From Octopus sinensis (Eukaryota), in the NCBI RefSeq assembly GCF_006345805.1, contig NC_043008.1:9300001-9364000 (forward strand): a stretch of 64,000 bases of DNA, given 5' to 3'. Below are positions 24,111 through 38,769 of the stretch, one piece after another. The translations under genes and the position numbers were made by a program. Numbering within the stretch: the stretch's first letter is position 1; each line of letters opens with the position of its first letter. The notes under the pieces are model-generated. The model saw only the letters and a program-made list of their open reading frames with translations, had not been told where the DNA came from and searched no databases.

Positions 24111-24722
24111 TAAGGCGTTCAGAATAATATTAGTGTGGTGTGTTCATTATGTCAACATCTACTTCGTGTCACAAAACACAAACATCACATCTCTTAAATT
24201 ATCATATAGCATGAATCCTAGAAATTCTAAAACAAATTTTTGGAAATGGTGAAATCTCAAAATGGACAATACTACTCTAAGAACTGTAGAACTTAAAAAC
24301 TCAGAAGACATTAAAAGACAAACATGCAAATTGAATGTATTGAACAGAAGTTATAAAAAAATAGTCCTAAACACATGTTACAAGTAAAACAGAAAATAAT
24401 ATAATAAGGAACAATCAACCTAGAACTGTAAACAGATTAAGGAACGTTACTATCTAACAACCTGTAAAACATACTCAAAATACAGAAATGTACTCTTTTT
24501 ACTCTTTTACTTGTTTCAGTCATTTGATTGTGGCCATCCTGGAGCACTGCCTTTAGTGGATCGAGCAAATCAACCCCAAGACTTATTCTTTGTAAGCCTA
24601 GTACTTGTTCTATCAGTCTCTTTTGCCGAACCGCTGAAGTTGAGGGGTCGTAAACACACCAGCATCGGTTGTCAAGCAATGTTGGTGGGGACAGATACAG
24701 ACACACAAATATATACACACAC

Positions 24723-24765
<43 letters not shown>

Positions 24766-25604
24766 TACGATGGGCTTCTTTCAGTTTCAGTCTACCAAAT
24801 CCACTGACAAGGCTTTGGTCGGCCCGAGGCTCTAGTAGAAGATACTTGCCCAAAGTGCCATGCAGTGGGAATGAACCCAGAACCATGTGGCTGGTAAGCA
24901 AACTACTTACCACACAGCCATTGCTGCACCTACTCCTGTAGTTAATATAAACCAAATGTAATCTAATGGAATAACGTATCACTTTAACTATTAGACTTCA
25001 ATCATTTTAAAACTACATGACACGGGAATAAACCAATGCAAACCAATATCTCTCTCTCTCTTTTACTTGTTTCAGTCATTTGACTGCGGCCATGCTGGAG
25101 CACCGCCTTTAGTTGAGCAAATCGACCCTGGACTTATTCTTTGTAAGCCTAGTACTTATTCTATTGGTTGCCTTTGCCGAACCGCTAAGTGACGGGGACA
25201 TAAACACACCAGCATCAGTTGTCAAGCAATGCTAGGGGGACTAACACACACACACACATATACATATATACGACAGGCTTCTTTCAGTTTCCGTCTACCA
25301 AATCCACTCACAAGGCATTGGTCGGCCCGGGGCTATAGCAGAAGACACTTGCCCAAGATGCCACGCAGTGGGACTGAACCCGGAACCATGTGGTTGGTAA
25401 GCAAGCTACTTACCACACAGCCACTCCTGCGCCTATGATCTGTTAACCTTTTTGCTACCATATTTCTGTTGAGATGCTCTGTGTTTCTTTCAATTAATTT
25501 TAAATATAACAAAGAAGTTAGTAAAATAACTTTATCATTAAGTTAGTGTTAGAAACATAAATTGTGACTAAGATTTAGTGGAAGATTTTAATTCAGATGT
25601 CTTG

Positions 25605-26060
25605 CAAACAACTCGCACATGCAAGTGTTACCAGTTAAAAGCTCCGTATACTGGAAGCTAGCAAGTGTATGGGGTCATCAAGAGAGAATGCGCGCCGTTT
25701 TGGGGCCTACCTCTCAACGGCATCAATGCGCACCGGCCCCCCTCACTGATATGAGGCCCCGCTTGCTAGATCAGCTGGTTATGAAGAACTCAATATCCTT
25801 CTAGCCATTGCTCATCGTCTCTTTTTAACCAAATCCAGTGGCTAGCCTTCTCCACTGTAGATTGGATATCAGTCATGGTGGTATTGACTTTAAGATGAGT
25901 TAGGCCTAGCGATAACAACAGTCGTCTCACGCTGTGTCCAACAAACCCTCTACATCCGACTTCGATAGGAAAATGTTCCGCTTTCCAGCCTGCGTCTTCA
26001 CATTCCTCGAGGAGGTTTTCATAACGGTTCAATTTTCGAGCCCAAGCAGTGTCTATATTA
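25605..26060 (-). mobile_element. HERO-like (restriction-like endonuclease) LINE 3' fragment
   Basis: RYENLLEECEDAGWKAEHFPIEVGCRGF...VEKASHWIWLKRDDEQW matches the C-terminus I recall for Hero-clade elements. Confidence 0.7.
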
Positions 26061-26711
26061 TCTTCATGAGGAACCGTTTTGTAAACACAACATTTGTATT
26101 ACAAAGTCAGAGGCAGTTTCAGGTACATTGGTATCAAAAAGGTTAAATATAAACCTTAATTATAGAAATATAAACTGAACCACAAAAGAAATGTCGCACA
26201 GATACTAAAAAGAAACGGGTTTATTAACAGGATCTTTGACCAGCAGATTTTTAAAATAATTTCTATGTAACTAAAAAATTTTAAACTTCGTATACTGGTA
26301 GAATGTGTTTATAAAACATCTTTTTCTTATGGCATTCTTGAGAAAATTCTGTAGTTTGTAACATATTTGTTGTTTAATTTCTTGCATTTCGGCAACTTCA
26401 ACCAATCAATGACGTCTATTGAGGTGAAAACATTTTCTGGAGGCGTCATATGAAAATGTCCCTGCTTTTTATGAGAAAAGAGATACCCTGTGGCCATAAA
26501 CTTAGGGGTCACTCGTAAACAGAGCTAGATAAGAAAACCGTTCCCTCTTTAGTGTCCACCCATAATTATGACCCTAGTATCGATCTATTGCATTTCAATC
26601 TGTTTTAGGGGTGGGGGAAAAGGTATGTTTTTTTCTTCAGAGATGTAAATAAACCCAATCTGTTCCTTAAACGAATATATAATATGTAACAGGGACATTT
26701 TTATATGATGC

Positions 26712-27665
26712 CAGAAGTTAGAAAATCGCGGAAGTTGGAAAATCCTCGGAAATTTTCGACCAAATTTTCCAGAAGTTAGAATATCCTCGGAACTTTCCAG
26801 GAAGTTTTCGACCATTTTCCCGGAAGTTAGAGAGTCCTCGGAACTTTCCAGGAAATCTTAAACCAAATTTCCCAGCAGTTGGAAAATCCTCGGAAGTTTT
26901 CAACCAAATTTCCCAGAAGTTAGAAAATCCTCGAAACTTTCCTGGAAGTTTTCAACTAAATTTCCAGGAAGGTACAAAATCCTCGGAACTTTCCAGGAAG
27001 TTTTCGACCAAATGTCCCAGAAGTTAGAACATCCTCGGAACTTTCCAGGAAGTTAGAAAATCCTCGGAACTTTCCAGGAAGATTTCGAACAAATTTCCCA
27101 CAAGTTAGAAAATCCTCGGGGCTTTCCAGGAAGTTTTCGACCAAATTTCACAGAAGTTAAAAAATCCTCGGAACTTTCCAGGAAGTTTTCGACCAAATTT
27201 CCCGGAAATTAGAACATCCTCGGAAGTTTCCAGAAAATTTTCGACCAAATTTCCCGGAAGTTAGAAAATCCTCGGAAGTTTTCGACCAAATTTCCCGGAA
27301 GTTAGAGAATAATAGTAATTCCTGGGAACTTTCCAGGAAGTTTTCGACCAATATTCAAAGAAGTAAGATAATCCTGTGAAATTCCCAAGTAGTTTTCAAC
27401 CAAATTTCCAGGAAGTTACTAAATCCAAGGAACTTTCGATGAGGTTTTCGACCAATTTTCCAGAAAGTTAGAAAATCCTTGTGACCTTCCATGAAATCCT
27501 CAGAACTTTCCAGGAAGTTTTCAACCAAATTTCCAGGAAGTTAGAAAATCTTTGGAACTTTCCAGGAAGTTAGGAAATCGTCGGAACTTTCCTTGAAGTT
27601 CACTACCAACTTTCCAGGAAGTTAGGAAATCCTTTTATCTTTACCTGAAATCCTCGGAACTTTCC
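26712..27665. repeat. ~950-bp minisatellite with a ~50-bp composite unit
   Basis: Unit approximately GGAAGTTAGAAAATCCTCGGAACTTTCCAGGAAGTTTTCGACCAAATTTCCC, with variable subunit order. Confidence 0.9.
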
Positions 27666-27795
27666 ATTAAATGTTTAGGCTGATATCAACAACAAACAAG
27701 ACGAAGACAAATATCCATGAAATGTAAATAATGTAACTAATGAAATAAATTTGTTTGAAATTTTAAGCTTTTTCCGTTGTTTTGTCCTACCACAG

Positions 27796-27859
<64 letters not shown>

Positions 27860-28457
27860 CATATATGTATATGTATGTATATATATATATATACATATAA
27901 TGTCATATTTTGATATTTATAATTATTTTTATGGACCATGTCCAATATTGGCAGATTTTCACAGTTCGCGGATTGCCTAGGAACGTAGCCCCCACGAATA
28001 CTGGCTGACTATTGTATATCATTACTCTTTTTCCTGTTAAATAACTGATCACAAATTTATTTTGAAAGTCTAAACTCTATAATTTAGTAATCCTCTTCAT
28101 AGAGTTATGTGAAAGATAGATTTAGACAAGATGAGATTAATATATTAAAATACCGATGTAAAGATTGTTAGCATTTAAAATATTTCAGTGGATTTAACAA
28201 AATTACGAAATCTAAGCGGGTCTTACATTTCTACAGAAGCACTTCATCACACATGCAATATAGGTATATTGCGGCTGGCATGTGTCGAAGGGTTTCATAT
28301 TTATCCGGAATCAAGTCAATTTTTGAACAATGCTGCATTCTAGCCTTCTTTATATAGAAGACAATCTCCGTTACTTTGGGACCGACATTAAGAAAGTCAT
28401 CTAGTTTATTCAGATAAGACTCTCAAGAAAAGTTTTACTATTTACAACCTTAAAATA

Positions 28458-29610
28458 TTGGGCCATCCCATAAATAATGCAGTTTTTTTTTTATTGCATG
28501 AAGTAAAATTTGGAGGGGGAGAAGATAAACTACTAGCATCAGCTTCCAATAAAAGCAGGTAGTAATTTCACCCTCTCCTTATTCTTAGTGCAAGTTTTGA
28601 AGAGTGCAGTTCGATTTTAACAATTATTTTTTTCCAAGCTATAATGGAAGTGACAAAGGAGCATATTCGACATGTTTTGCATTATGCGTTCAATAATGAC
28701 AACAACACAATGGAAACTGTGTGGAACATTAATACCGTATATGGGGATTGGACAATAAGCGTAAGCCAGTGTAATGGGTGGTTCCGGAAATCCTGAACCG
28801 GAAACTTACAGCCTAGAAGAGGAGCTGCGTCCTGGATAGAGCTCATTGAGGATGTCCTGCAAACCCTGCTTGAACAAAACCCCATTGTAACTGTTGAGGA
28901 ACTAGCAAAGCATCTTGGATTTGGTCATTCAACCATACATCAACACCTGCATGCCACCAGAAAAGTCAGCAAATTGGGTCAATGGGTCCCTCACAAACTT
29001 TCCCAGTCAAATCGCATTTGGAGAGTGAATGTGTGCTCTTCCTTGCTGTCATGTCTCACGAATGAACCTTTCTTTGACCTAATAATGACTGGTGGCAAGA
29101 AATGGGTTCTCTATAAAAATGTCAAGTGCCGCAAACAGCAGGTAGGGAAAGGAGAAACACTGGTACCCACCTGGCTAAAAATGGTCGTCACCCACATAAG
29201 GTGTTGATATTTGTCTGGTGGAATATGAAAGGTTTAGTCCACTTTGAACTTTTAAACTCAAGCCAAATAATAACAAAGGAGATCTACTATGAGCAGCTTG
29301 AGCGGTTTGAGACATTGCTAGAAAAAAACCGACCACCTTTGGTTTCAATACGAAAGGTTTTCTTCTATCAGGATAATATTCGGCCACATACAGTGAGGAT
29401 GAGATTCCAAAGGCTGGAGCAATTTGAATGGGAAACGATGCCCCACTCACCATATTCGCCAGACATTGCCCCATCTTATTATCATTTATTCTGCTGCCTT
29501 CAAAACCATTTGGAACGAAACAATAGGAATTCTCCAGACAAGATCAGAACAGTACTGATATTTTTCATCATGGACCAGTGAATTTTGGAAGAGGGGCCTT
29601 GCAATTATTT
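28458..29610 (+). mobile_element. Mariner (DD34D) transposon, inactivated, right end missing
   Basis: TA|TTGGGCCATCCCATAAATAATGC left terminus; ATG at 28644 MEVTKEHIRH..; WVPHKL, TGGKKW, QDNIRPH and YSPDIAPSYYHLF motifs with stops and frameshifts. Confidence 0.92.
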
Positions 29611-29873
29611 TATAAATCCTCGCTGTCTTTTTTCCTCGCTTACAACCTTGTGTAGTGGAGTAATAGGAGTAATAATTTAAATGGTTCATAGACCATTGGG
29701 GCCTACTTCTAGCAGACTGGTGTTGTAACCATTCAGCACCCTTATTATAAATTTCATATATATATATATATGGTTAATCCAAACATGAAAACACAAAGAG
29801 AAAACACAACAATGCGAGGACGTGGAACAAATATAGTATTATTGGACGCTCGGGAAGGAAGGGAAGAAGGAGG

Positions 29874-29908
29874 GCTTAATGTTTCGAGCAGAGCTCTTTG
29901 TCAGAAAC
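29874..29908 (-). ncRNA. Degenerate minimal hammerhead motif in a Penelope-like repeat remnant (~29760-30000)
   Basis: Minus strand: GUUU-CUGACAA-A-GAGC-ucu-GCUC-GAA-ACAU-U-AAGC. The architecture is retained, but the core (CUGANGA to CUGACAA) and the palindrome (ACGU to ACAU) are mutated. Confidence 0.45.
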
Positions 29909-30042
29909 ATAGGAAAAGGAAAGATCCAAAGAAGGGAAGACGGAGGAAAAAAATCGTCAACGGTACACACACGGTCACATTATATATATATATAATATAT
30001 ATATATATATAGATAGGTAGATAGATATAGATATATATATAT

Positions 30043-30074
<32 letters not shown>

Positions 30075-30559
30075 CATATATATACTAAATCAATCAAACA
30101 TAAATCTTCATTCTGCTGATGTAATATATATATATGTATGTGTGTGTGTGTGTGTATCTATATATATATATATAAACATAGTTGTGTTTACACTCATATA
30201 CATACACTCAGCACCTCACACTGCCACTTCTCCAATAACTGTTGCACACACACACACACACACACAATATGTCCAACTAACTTTATTCATCCATTCATTC
30301 ATCCATGAGTTCTGTCCATCTGCTTGACTCTGTCTGTCCATCTGTCTCTGTGGTCATCTCTCTATCCGCATCCACACGCATCTCTGTGTCTTTCTCTTTA
30401 TCTCTCTCTCTCTCTCTATTTATCTTTCTCTCTTTCTATAAATTTGTTTATTTCCTTCTTTCATCTCTTCTCTCTCTTGCTTCACACACACACAAATTAA
30501 ACATTATATTTACACAGCCACTATTACTCACATAGATATACACACACAACAGCTAATTC

Positions 30560-31763
30560 TTATACACACACAACAGCTAACTCTTAGTATATACACATAC
30601 ATTTACTGAACACAATAATACGTATCTCAATATGTATAAATGTGTAGTGTGTATATAGTGCACAATGTATATATATATACACACCTTATGTTAAACACAC
30701 ACATAGTTTCACACACATGTTAGCTAAACAGAAAAACAGTCACACATAACACATACATATATACAGAAATATATGTATATACTCATACACGCATAACTGC
30801 ATACTACAAACACTCACACATACACACACACACACACATACAGCTACATATATATACAAAAGCTCACATACTAATATATACACTACTGCATACATAGACA
30901 ATTACAAGCATGCACAGATGTACACAGTGAGTTACACACACACACACACACACACACAATTATAGGCATAGTTTGTTACACACACTCACACACACACATA
31001 CATACACACACATACACAGAGCAAGACATATACACAATTACACACACATTAACAGCTAAATGTATGTACAGCTACACATACACATCTATGCATGCAAACA
31101 GACACACATGCAGACACACACACATAGACATGCACATATACATATAGCAATATACATAGACACACACATAAACACTCACTCAAATTTGTGCACACATCCA
31201 TACACAGTAAGACACATACACAATTACACACACATAAACAACTGCATACTCATACAGCTACACACATGTACATGTATACAGCAACATACACAGACACACA
31301 CACACTCACACACGCTTATATGTATGCAATTACACACACATACAAATGCACATATATACGACAACATATAGACACATACACATAACTATGCACACAAACA
31401 AACGTACACATGCACAACAACATACACACACACATGCAAATATACATATATACAGCAACATACACAGACACACACACACTCACACACAAATGCACATATT
31501 ACACTGACACACAGACACACATAACTACACACACAAGCAAATGCACACATACACAACTACAACAACAACAACACACACACTCAATTGTGCATATATATAG
31601 CAACATACACTGACACACACACACACACACACACACAAACAAATGTACGCAACAACAACAACACAAGCACACATACACATGCAAATGTGTATATATGTAT
31701 AGCAACATACACACACACACGCACACATAATTACCCACACAAATAAATGCATGCAACTACAAC

Positions 31764-31799
<36 letters not shown>

Positions 31800-32188
31800 C
31801 AAATGTGTATATAAGTATAGCAACATACACTGACACCCACACCCACACACATGCACACACATAACTACACACACAAACAAATGCATGCAACTACAATGCA
31901 CACACACACACACACGTAAATGTGCATATATATATATATAGAAACATACACTGACACACACACTCACACACACACACACACGCACACATAACTATACACA
32001 CAAATAAATGCATGCAACTACAACAACAGACACACACACACACACGTAAATGTGCATATATATAGAAACATACACTGACACACACTCACACACACACGTA
32101 CACAACTACACACACACACACACACACACATGTAAATGTGCATATATATATATAGAAACATACACTGACACACACACACACACACACT

Positions 32189-32221
<33 letters not shown>

Positions 32222-32530
32222 CACACACACACACGCAACTACAACTACAACAAAAACAACACACACACATACACACCCATGCAAATGTGCATATATATAT
32301 AGCAACATATACTGACACACACACACGCACACAAACAAATACATGCAACTACAACAACACACACACGCACACATACACACACACATGCAAATGTGCATAT
32401 AAATATATAGCAACATACACTGACACACACACACAACTACACACAAACACACAACAACAACACACACACACACACACATGCACACATACACAACACACTC
32501 ATAGCCACACACACACACACATAGATGTGC
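30560..32530. repeat. ~2-kb degenerate (CA)-rich minisatellite with a higher-order ~60-70-bp unit
   Basis: Recurrent TGCAAATGTGCATATATATAGCAACATACACTGACACACAC..ACAACTACAACAAC. Confidence 0.9.
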
Positions 32531-32759
32531 ACACTTACACAGTCTCACTGACAACAACTACAGAGAGCCAAGCCCATCTGCCGCCCACTACAAGAGACTA
32601 ACCATTAGCAGCAGCAGCAGCAGCAGCAACTAGACACCGGAGACCAAACCACTAGAGTGATGGCTAACACAAACCATGAGATTCTATGACAATGTAAGTT
32701 CTTTATTTATATTTGTCTCTCATTCTCTCCAGCTCTCTGCCTAACACTGTCCTTTCTTC

Positions 32760-32964
32760 TTATCTGGTTCTCTCTCTCTCTCTCACTCTCTTTTTCTCTT
32801 TCACTTTCTACATATCTATTTCTATGTCTGTCTATCTATCTGTCTCTCTATCAATCTATCTATCTATCTGTTTATCTATCTATCTATCTATCTATCTGTT
32901 TGTTTGTCTGCCTGTCTGTCGTTATCTCTTTATCTGACTGTCTATCTATCTGTCTATCTATCTG

Positions 32965-33031
<67 letters not shown>

Positions 33032-33119
33032 GTCTGTCTGTCTATCGATCTATCTATCAATCTGTCTGTCTATCTGTTTACTTGTTTCTTACTCCCTGCT
33101 TCTCTCTCTCTCTAACTCA

Positions 33120-33156
<37 letters not shown>

Positions 33157-33160
33157 AAAA
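32760..33160. repeat. (CT)n and (ATCT)n microsatellites
   Basis: Direct reading. Confidence 0.9.
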
Positions 33161-34171
33161 ATACCCACACACATACACACACACATATCTATATATATAT
33201 ATCATATATATATGTACACACAGTTTTCTGTACGTATAATCTAAGAACATATAAAAACAAAGACAACACTCACACACATACTTGTGTCTATGTATGCGTG
33301 TGTATGCATGTGTGTGTGTATGAGTGAGCGTGTGTATGTGTTTTTAAGTATATTAGAAATTGTTTTTGAAGCTAATTAAAAGTAGCTGATAATATTCATT
33401 AAAACCGGAATTGAATACAGACAGGGAACCTTTACAAACCTTATTACACAGCTACAGAGAATGACTGTAACTTCGAAGTCTCACTGGGAATTGCTTGTCA
33501 CGGAACGGTAAGCGGTTCTTGGTGAAACTTCATAGTTACAACCAGTCTGTATTTTTACATATACATACACATACAGGAGTGGCTGTGTGGTAAGTAGCTT
33601 GTTTACCAACCACATGGTTCCGGGTTCAGTCCCTCTGCGTGGCACCTTGGGCAAGTGCCTTCTACTATAGCCTCGGGCTGACCAAAGCCTTGTGAGTGGA
33701 TTTGGTAGATGGAAACTGAAAGAAGCCCGTCGTATATATGTATATGTATATGTGGTGGGGGTGTATATGCTTGTGTGTCTGTGTTTGTTCCCTCCAACAT
33801 CGCTTGACAACCGATGCTGGTGTGTTTATGTCACCGTTACTTAGCGGTTCAGCAAAAGAGACCGATAGAATAAGTACTGGGCTTACAAAAGAATAAGTCC
33901 CGGGGTCGAGTTGCTTGATTGAAGGTGGTGCTCCAGCTTGGCCGCAGTCAAATGACTGAAGCAAGTAAAAGAGTAAAAGAGTATACAGAAGCACATACAC
34001 ACACACACACACACACATATAAACATAAATGTGTGTGTGTGTGTATGTACATACTTACATACATACAGAGAAAAAGAAAATGAGCATTATAAATTCTATA
34101 TGTATACATAAGAAGTTTTGAAACAAGCTAAGACTTGAAGAAAACCAGTTGAAAGCTAAACTTCTAGTTAA

Positions 34172-34881
34172 CCCTTTCGTTACCGTATTTCTGTTGAGAT
34201 GTTCTGTGTGTTTCTTTCAATTAATTGTAAATAGAACAAGGAATTTAGTAAAATAACTTAGTTATCATTCAGCTAGTTATCATTAAGCTAGCTTAGTGAC
34301 AAAGGTTTGGTGGAAGATTTTAATTCAGAACTTATGAAAACAAGACATTTGTATTACAACGCCAGAACCTGTTTCAGTCAGGTTAGTATTGAAAGGGTTA
34401 AATTAATCATTTATTAACCCTTTTGTTACTGTATTTATTTTGAGATGCTCTGTATTTCTTTCAATTAATTGTAAATATAACAAAGAGTTTAGTAAAATAA
34501 CTCGGTTATCATTCAGCTAATGTTAGGAACATAAATTGTGACTAAGGTTTGGTGGAAGATTTTAATTCAAAACTTATGAAAACAAGACATTTGTACTACA
34601 GAGCCAGAGGTGGTTTTGGCCAGGTTACTATTGAAAGTGTTAAGTTAATCATTTGTTAACCCTTTTGTTACCGTATTTCTGTTGAGATGCTCTGTATTTC
34701 TTTCAATTGATTGTAAATATAACAAAGAGTTTAGTAAAATGACTTAGTTATCATTAAGCTAGTGTTAGGAATATAAATTGTGACTAAGGTTTGGTGGAAG
34801 ATTTTAATTCAAAATTTATGAAAACAAGACATTTGTACTGCAGGGCCAGAGGTGGTTTCAGCCAGGCTGGTAACAAAAGGG
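34172..34881. mobile_element. Three tandem piggyBac-type MITE copies
   Basis: 34172-34397, 34418-34639, 34660-34881, each TTAA|CCCTTT...AAAG(G/T)G|TTAA. Confidence 0.85.
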
Positions 34882-35022
34882 TTAATGCCCAAATTCTTTG
34901 CCTTTAATCATTTCGGGGTCGATAAAATAAGTTCCAGTTGAGCACCAAGTTCAATGTAACTGACTTAACACCTCCCCCAAAACTGCTGGCCTTGTGGCAA
35001 AATCTGAAACCATTATTAATTA

Positions 35023-35074
<52 letters not shown>

Positions 35075-35075
<1 letters not shown>

Positions 35076-35432
35076 TATGTTTGACTTTTGCTTTATATTT
35101 GTACAAGTTGGCTCCAAGTCTCACCCAGAGACCTCAAGAGACAACAGGTTGGAAGTTCATGTTGTTGTTATGCCTAGTGTGCCATATATTTGGTTTTGTA
35201 TTTAGTGTTGTAGTAGTGAATGTCTAAAAAAAAAACACACAAAAATTATTTTTGTTTTAAAACTTGAGATTACATAGAAAGTATTTTGCGTAGGGTATGA
35301 GCAGTTCCCATGAGCACTATCTTTTGAATTTCTGCCATTTTTGGGTTTCCTAGTATCTGAGTTAGGTAGCAATCAGCCCCTTTTGCTATAATTCCCAGGG
35401 CACCTATGACAACAGGTATTGTTTTAGTCTTA
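35075..35432 (-). mobile_element. R4/Dong LINE 3' end with (TAA)n tail; second copy at 37190-37545
   Basis: KTIPVVIGALG..AEIQKIVLMGTAHTLRKILSM* followed by a 3' UTR. Confidence 0.75.
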
Positions 35433-35447
35433 CTATCATTCCCAGGG

Positions 35448-35512
<65 letters not shown>

Positions 35513-35893
35513 CATTACATGCATGGGGAGGGAAGTGCTGTCCTCAAGTGAATTTATTAAAAAGTGGATGAAAGTTGCGAAAATGGCAAGAGTGGATGGT
35601 ATCTCTCTCAGTGTAGATCTGTGAGTCGCAGAGAAGGAATTGGAGAGGGCACTTCCTCTTGGTGATCAGGGAAATCTCAGACTGTAGTGTTCCTCAATTT
35701 TCCCTAGAGGTCCTCCTGTATCAGCAGGTCTACATCTCTATCATCCCCACTTTATTTTTTGAACCTTTGTATGTTATGTATATATCCTTTATTTTTTCAG
35801 TGTATGTCCCTTCTTTTCCATTATATGTAAATCACCACACTTTATGTCTGTCTTTCTATTATCCCCTTCATCCTTCGCCCTTGTAGAAAATAA

Positions 35894-36350
<457 letters not shown>

Positions 36351-36778
36351 TTGTTATTGTTATCATTAAGGCGGTGAGTAGGCAGAATCGTTAGCAAGCT
36401 GGACAAAATGCTTAGCGGTATTTCATCTGCCGCTATGTTCCGAGTTCAAATTCCACTTTGCCTTTCATCCTTTCAGGGGTTGATAAATTAATTACCAGTG
36501 AAACACTGGGGTCAATGTAATTGACAAGTCCTCTCCCGCAAAATTTCAAGCCCTGCGCCTATAGTAGAAAGGATTATTATTATTATTAAGATGATGAGCT
36601 GGCAGAATTGTTAGCACACGGGGCAAAGTAGTTGTTGGCAGTTCATCTGAGTTGTAATTTTGCCAAGGTGGACTTTGCCTTTCATCCTTTCAGGATCAAT
36701 GAAATAAGTACCAGCTGCGCCCTGGAGTCAATGTAATCAACTTACTCCAGCCCCTGAACTTGCTGGCCTTGTGCCAAA

Positions 36779-36844
<66 letters not shown>

Positions 36845-36869
36845 GATGTTGCACAGTATACAATATCGA

Positions 36870-37180
36870 GGGGTTGTTGATTGAAGATATTGTGTCTACC
36901 GGGGATTTGTACTGTTTGTCAAGTCACAACAAGGACTCAGACAGACAGTTCTTTACCCAATATGTGTGCAGTTCTAAGTAATGTCATCTTTTGCGCTACA
37001 CCTAGATTGTAGGGTATTTCTAAGGTTTTCAGATGTTTTTGAAGATTAGGTGGTATTGAACCCAATTCTCCGATGACAATAGGGATAACCTTTATGTCTA
37101 TCTCTCGTAGCAGCCACATCTTAGCAATCTCAATACTCAGGCCTCTATATTTTTCAACTTTTTCTCTTTCTTCCATGATA
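36870..37180 (-). mobile_element. R4/Dong LINE 3' fragment, different subfamily
   Basis: EKVEKYRGLSIEIAKMW..VIPIVIGELG..AQKMTLLRTAHILGK. Confidence 0.75.
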
Positions 37181-37586
37181 TTATTATTATTTTATGTTTG
37201 ACTTTTGCTTTGCATTTGTGCAAGTTGGCTCCAAGTCTCACCCAGAGACCTCAAGAGACAACAAGTTGGTAGTTCATGTTGGTGTTATGCCTAGGGTACC
37301 ATATATTTGGTTTTGCACATAGTGTTGTTCTAGAGAATGTTTAAGAAACCATAAGAAAATTATGTTTGTTTTAAAACTTGAGATTACATAGAAAGTATTT
37401 TGCGTAGGATATGGGCAGTTCCCATGAGCACTATCTTTTGAATTTCTGCCATTTTTGGGTTTCCTGGTACCTGAGCTAGGTAGCAATCAGCCCCAATTGC
37501 TATCATTCCCAGGGCATCTATGACAACAGGTATTGTTTTAGTCTTCAGGTTTCACATTTAGTCTTCAGGTTCCATATTATTATTGA

Positions 37587-37642
<56 letters not shown>

Positions 37643-38237
37643 TATCATTATTATTATTATTATTATATTATTATCATTATTATTATTATTATTATTACTA
37701 TTATTATTATTATTATTAATAAAGTCACTGTCACTCAAAGGCAGCAAACTGGCAGAATTATTAGCATGCCAAGCAAAATGCTGAGAGGAAATTCATCTGT
37801 TTTTATGTTTTGAGTTCAAAATTCCACTGAGGTCAACTCTATCTTTCATCCTCTTGGGATTGACAAATTAAGTACTGGTCAGGGTCAATTAAATTAAGTA
37901 CACTGGGATCGATATAACTGACAAGCCTCCTCCCCCAACAATGCAGGCCTTGTGCCTATAGTAGAAAGGATTATTAAAGTCACAAAATATTCAGTTTGTT
38001 AGTTTGTTCTGGACATGTGTTTCTGGTTACATGGAATTACAGATAACTAGTCACATGTCTAGTTCACTGGTCTTCATAGATCTTCACTGTGATCTGTGTA
38101 TGTGTGTGTTTATAGGAACATATGTGTATATATATATATATATTACAAAAATGTATGGTAGTCTAAATATATGCACGTGTATATGAACGTATAATACATA
38201 TATGTATTTATAAACAACTCTATACATTATATATTTA

Positions 38238-38268
<31 letters not shown>

Positions 38269-38618
38269 TTATGAGTTTGTGTATTTACAAATATGATTAT
38301 TTGTATATATGTGTGTTTACCTCACCGGAGGAACATAATGTGTATGGTGTTTGTATGTATACACACACACACAAGTATGTATATATACACATTATATATA
38401 TACACACATACACATATATATATTTGCACATTATATATATATGTATGAATGTATGCATCTCAGGAGGACCATTAATTCAATAATGTGTGCTTGTTTATAA
38501 TTAGCATTATGCTAATAATAAACATAATAAACATAATGACCTTCCCAAGATACAGAATCTGTCTCAACATAGAAGTTCATGTTAAGAATCTTGTGAACTA
38601 AATACAAAAATAATATAT

Positions 38619-38670
<52 letters not shown>

Positions 38671-38769
38671 TGATAATTATTATTTGAGGGAATAAAATCC
38701 AAACTTACAAGGAAAAAAGAATTCAATTTAGAAATATTATATCAAATACCACACAATATAATATATATA

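Noticed and set aside
26712-27665. CRISPR-like appearance of the repeat array
   Set aside because: No unique spacers, eukaryotic context and no cas genes; it is a minisatellite.
30142-33327. Many ORFs rich in H/T/C/V/Y/I (also poly-I, -L, -T, -V, -S ORFs elsewhere)
   Set aside because: They are translations of microsatellites.
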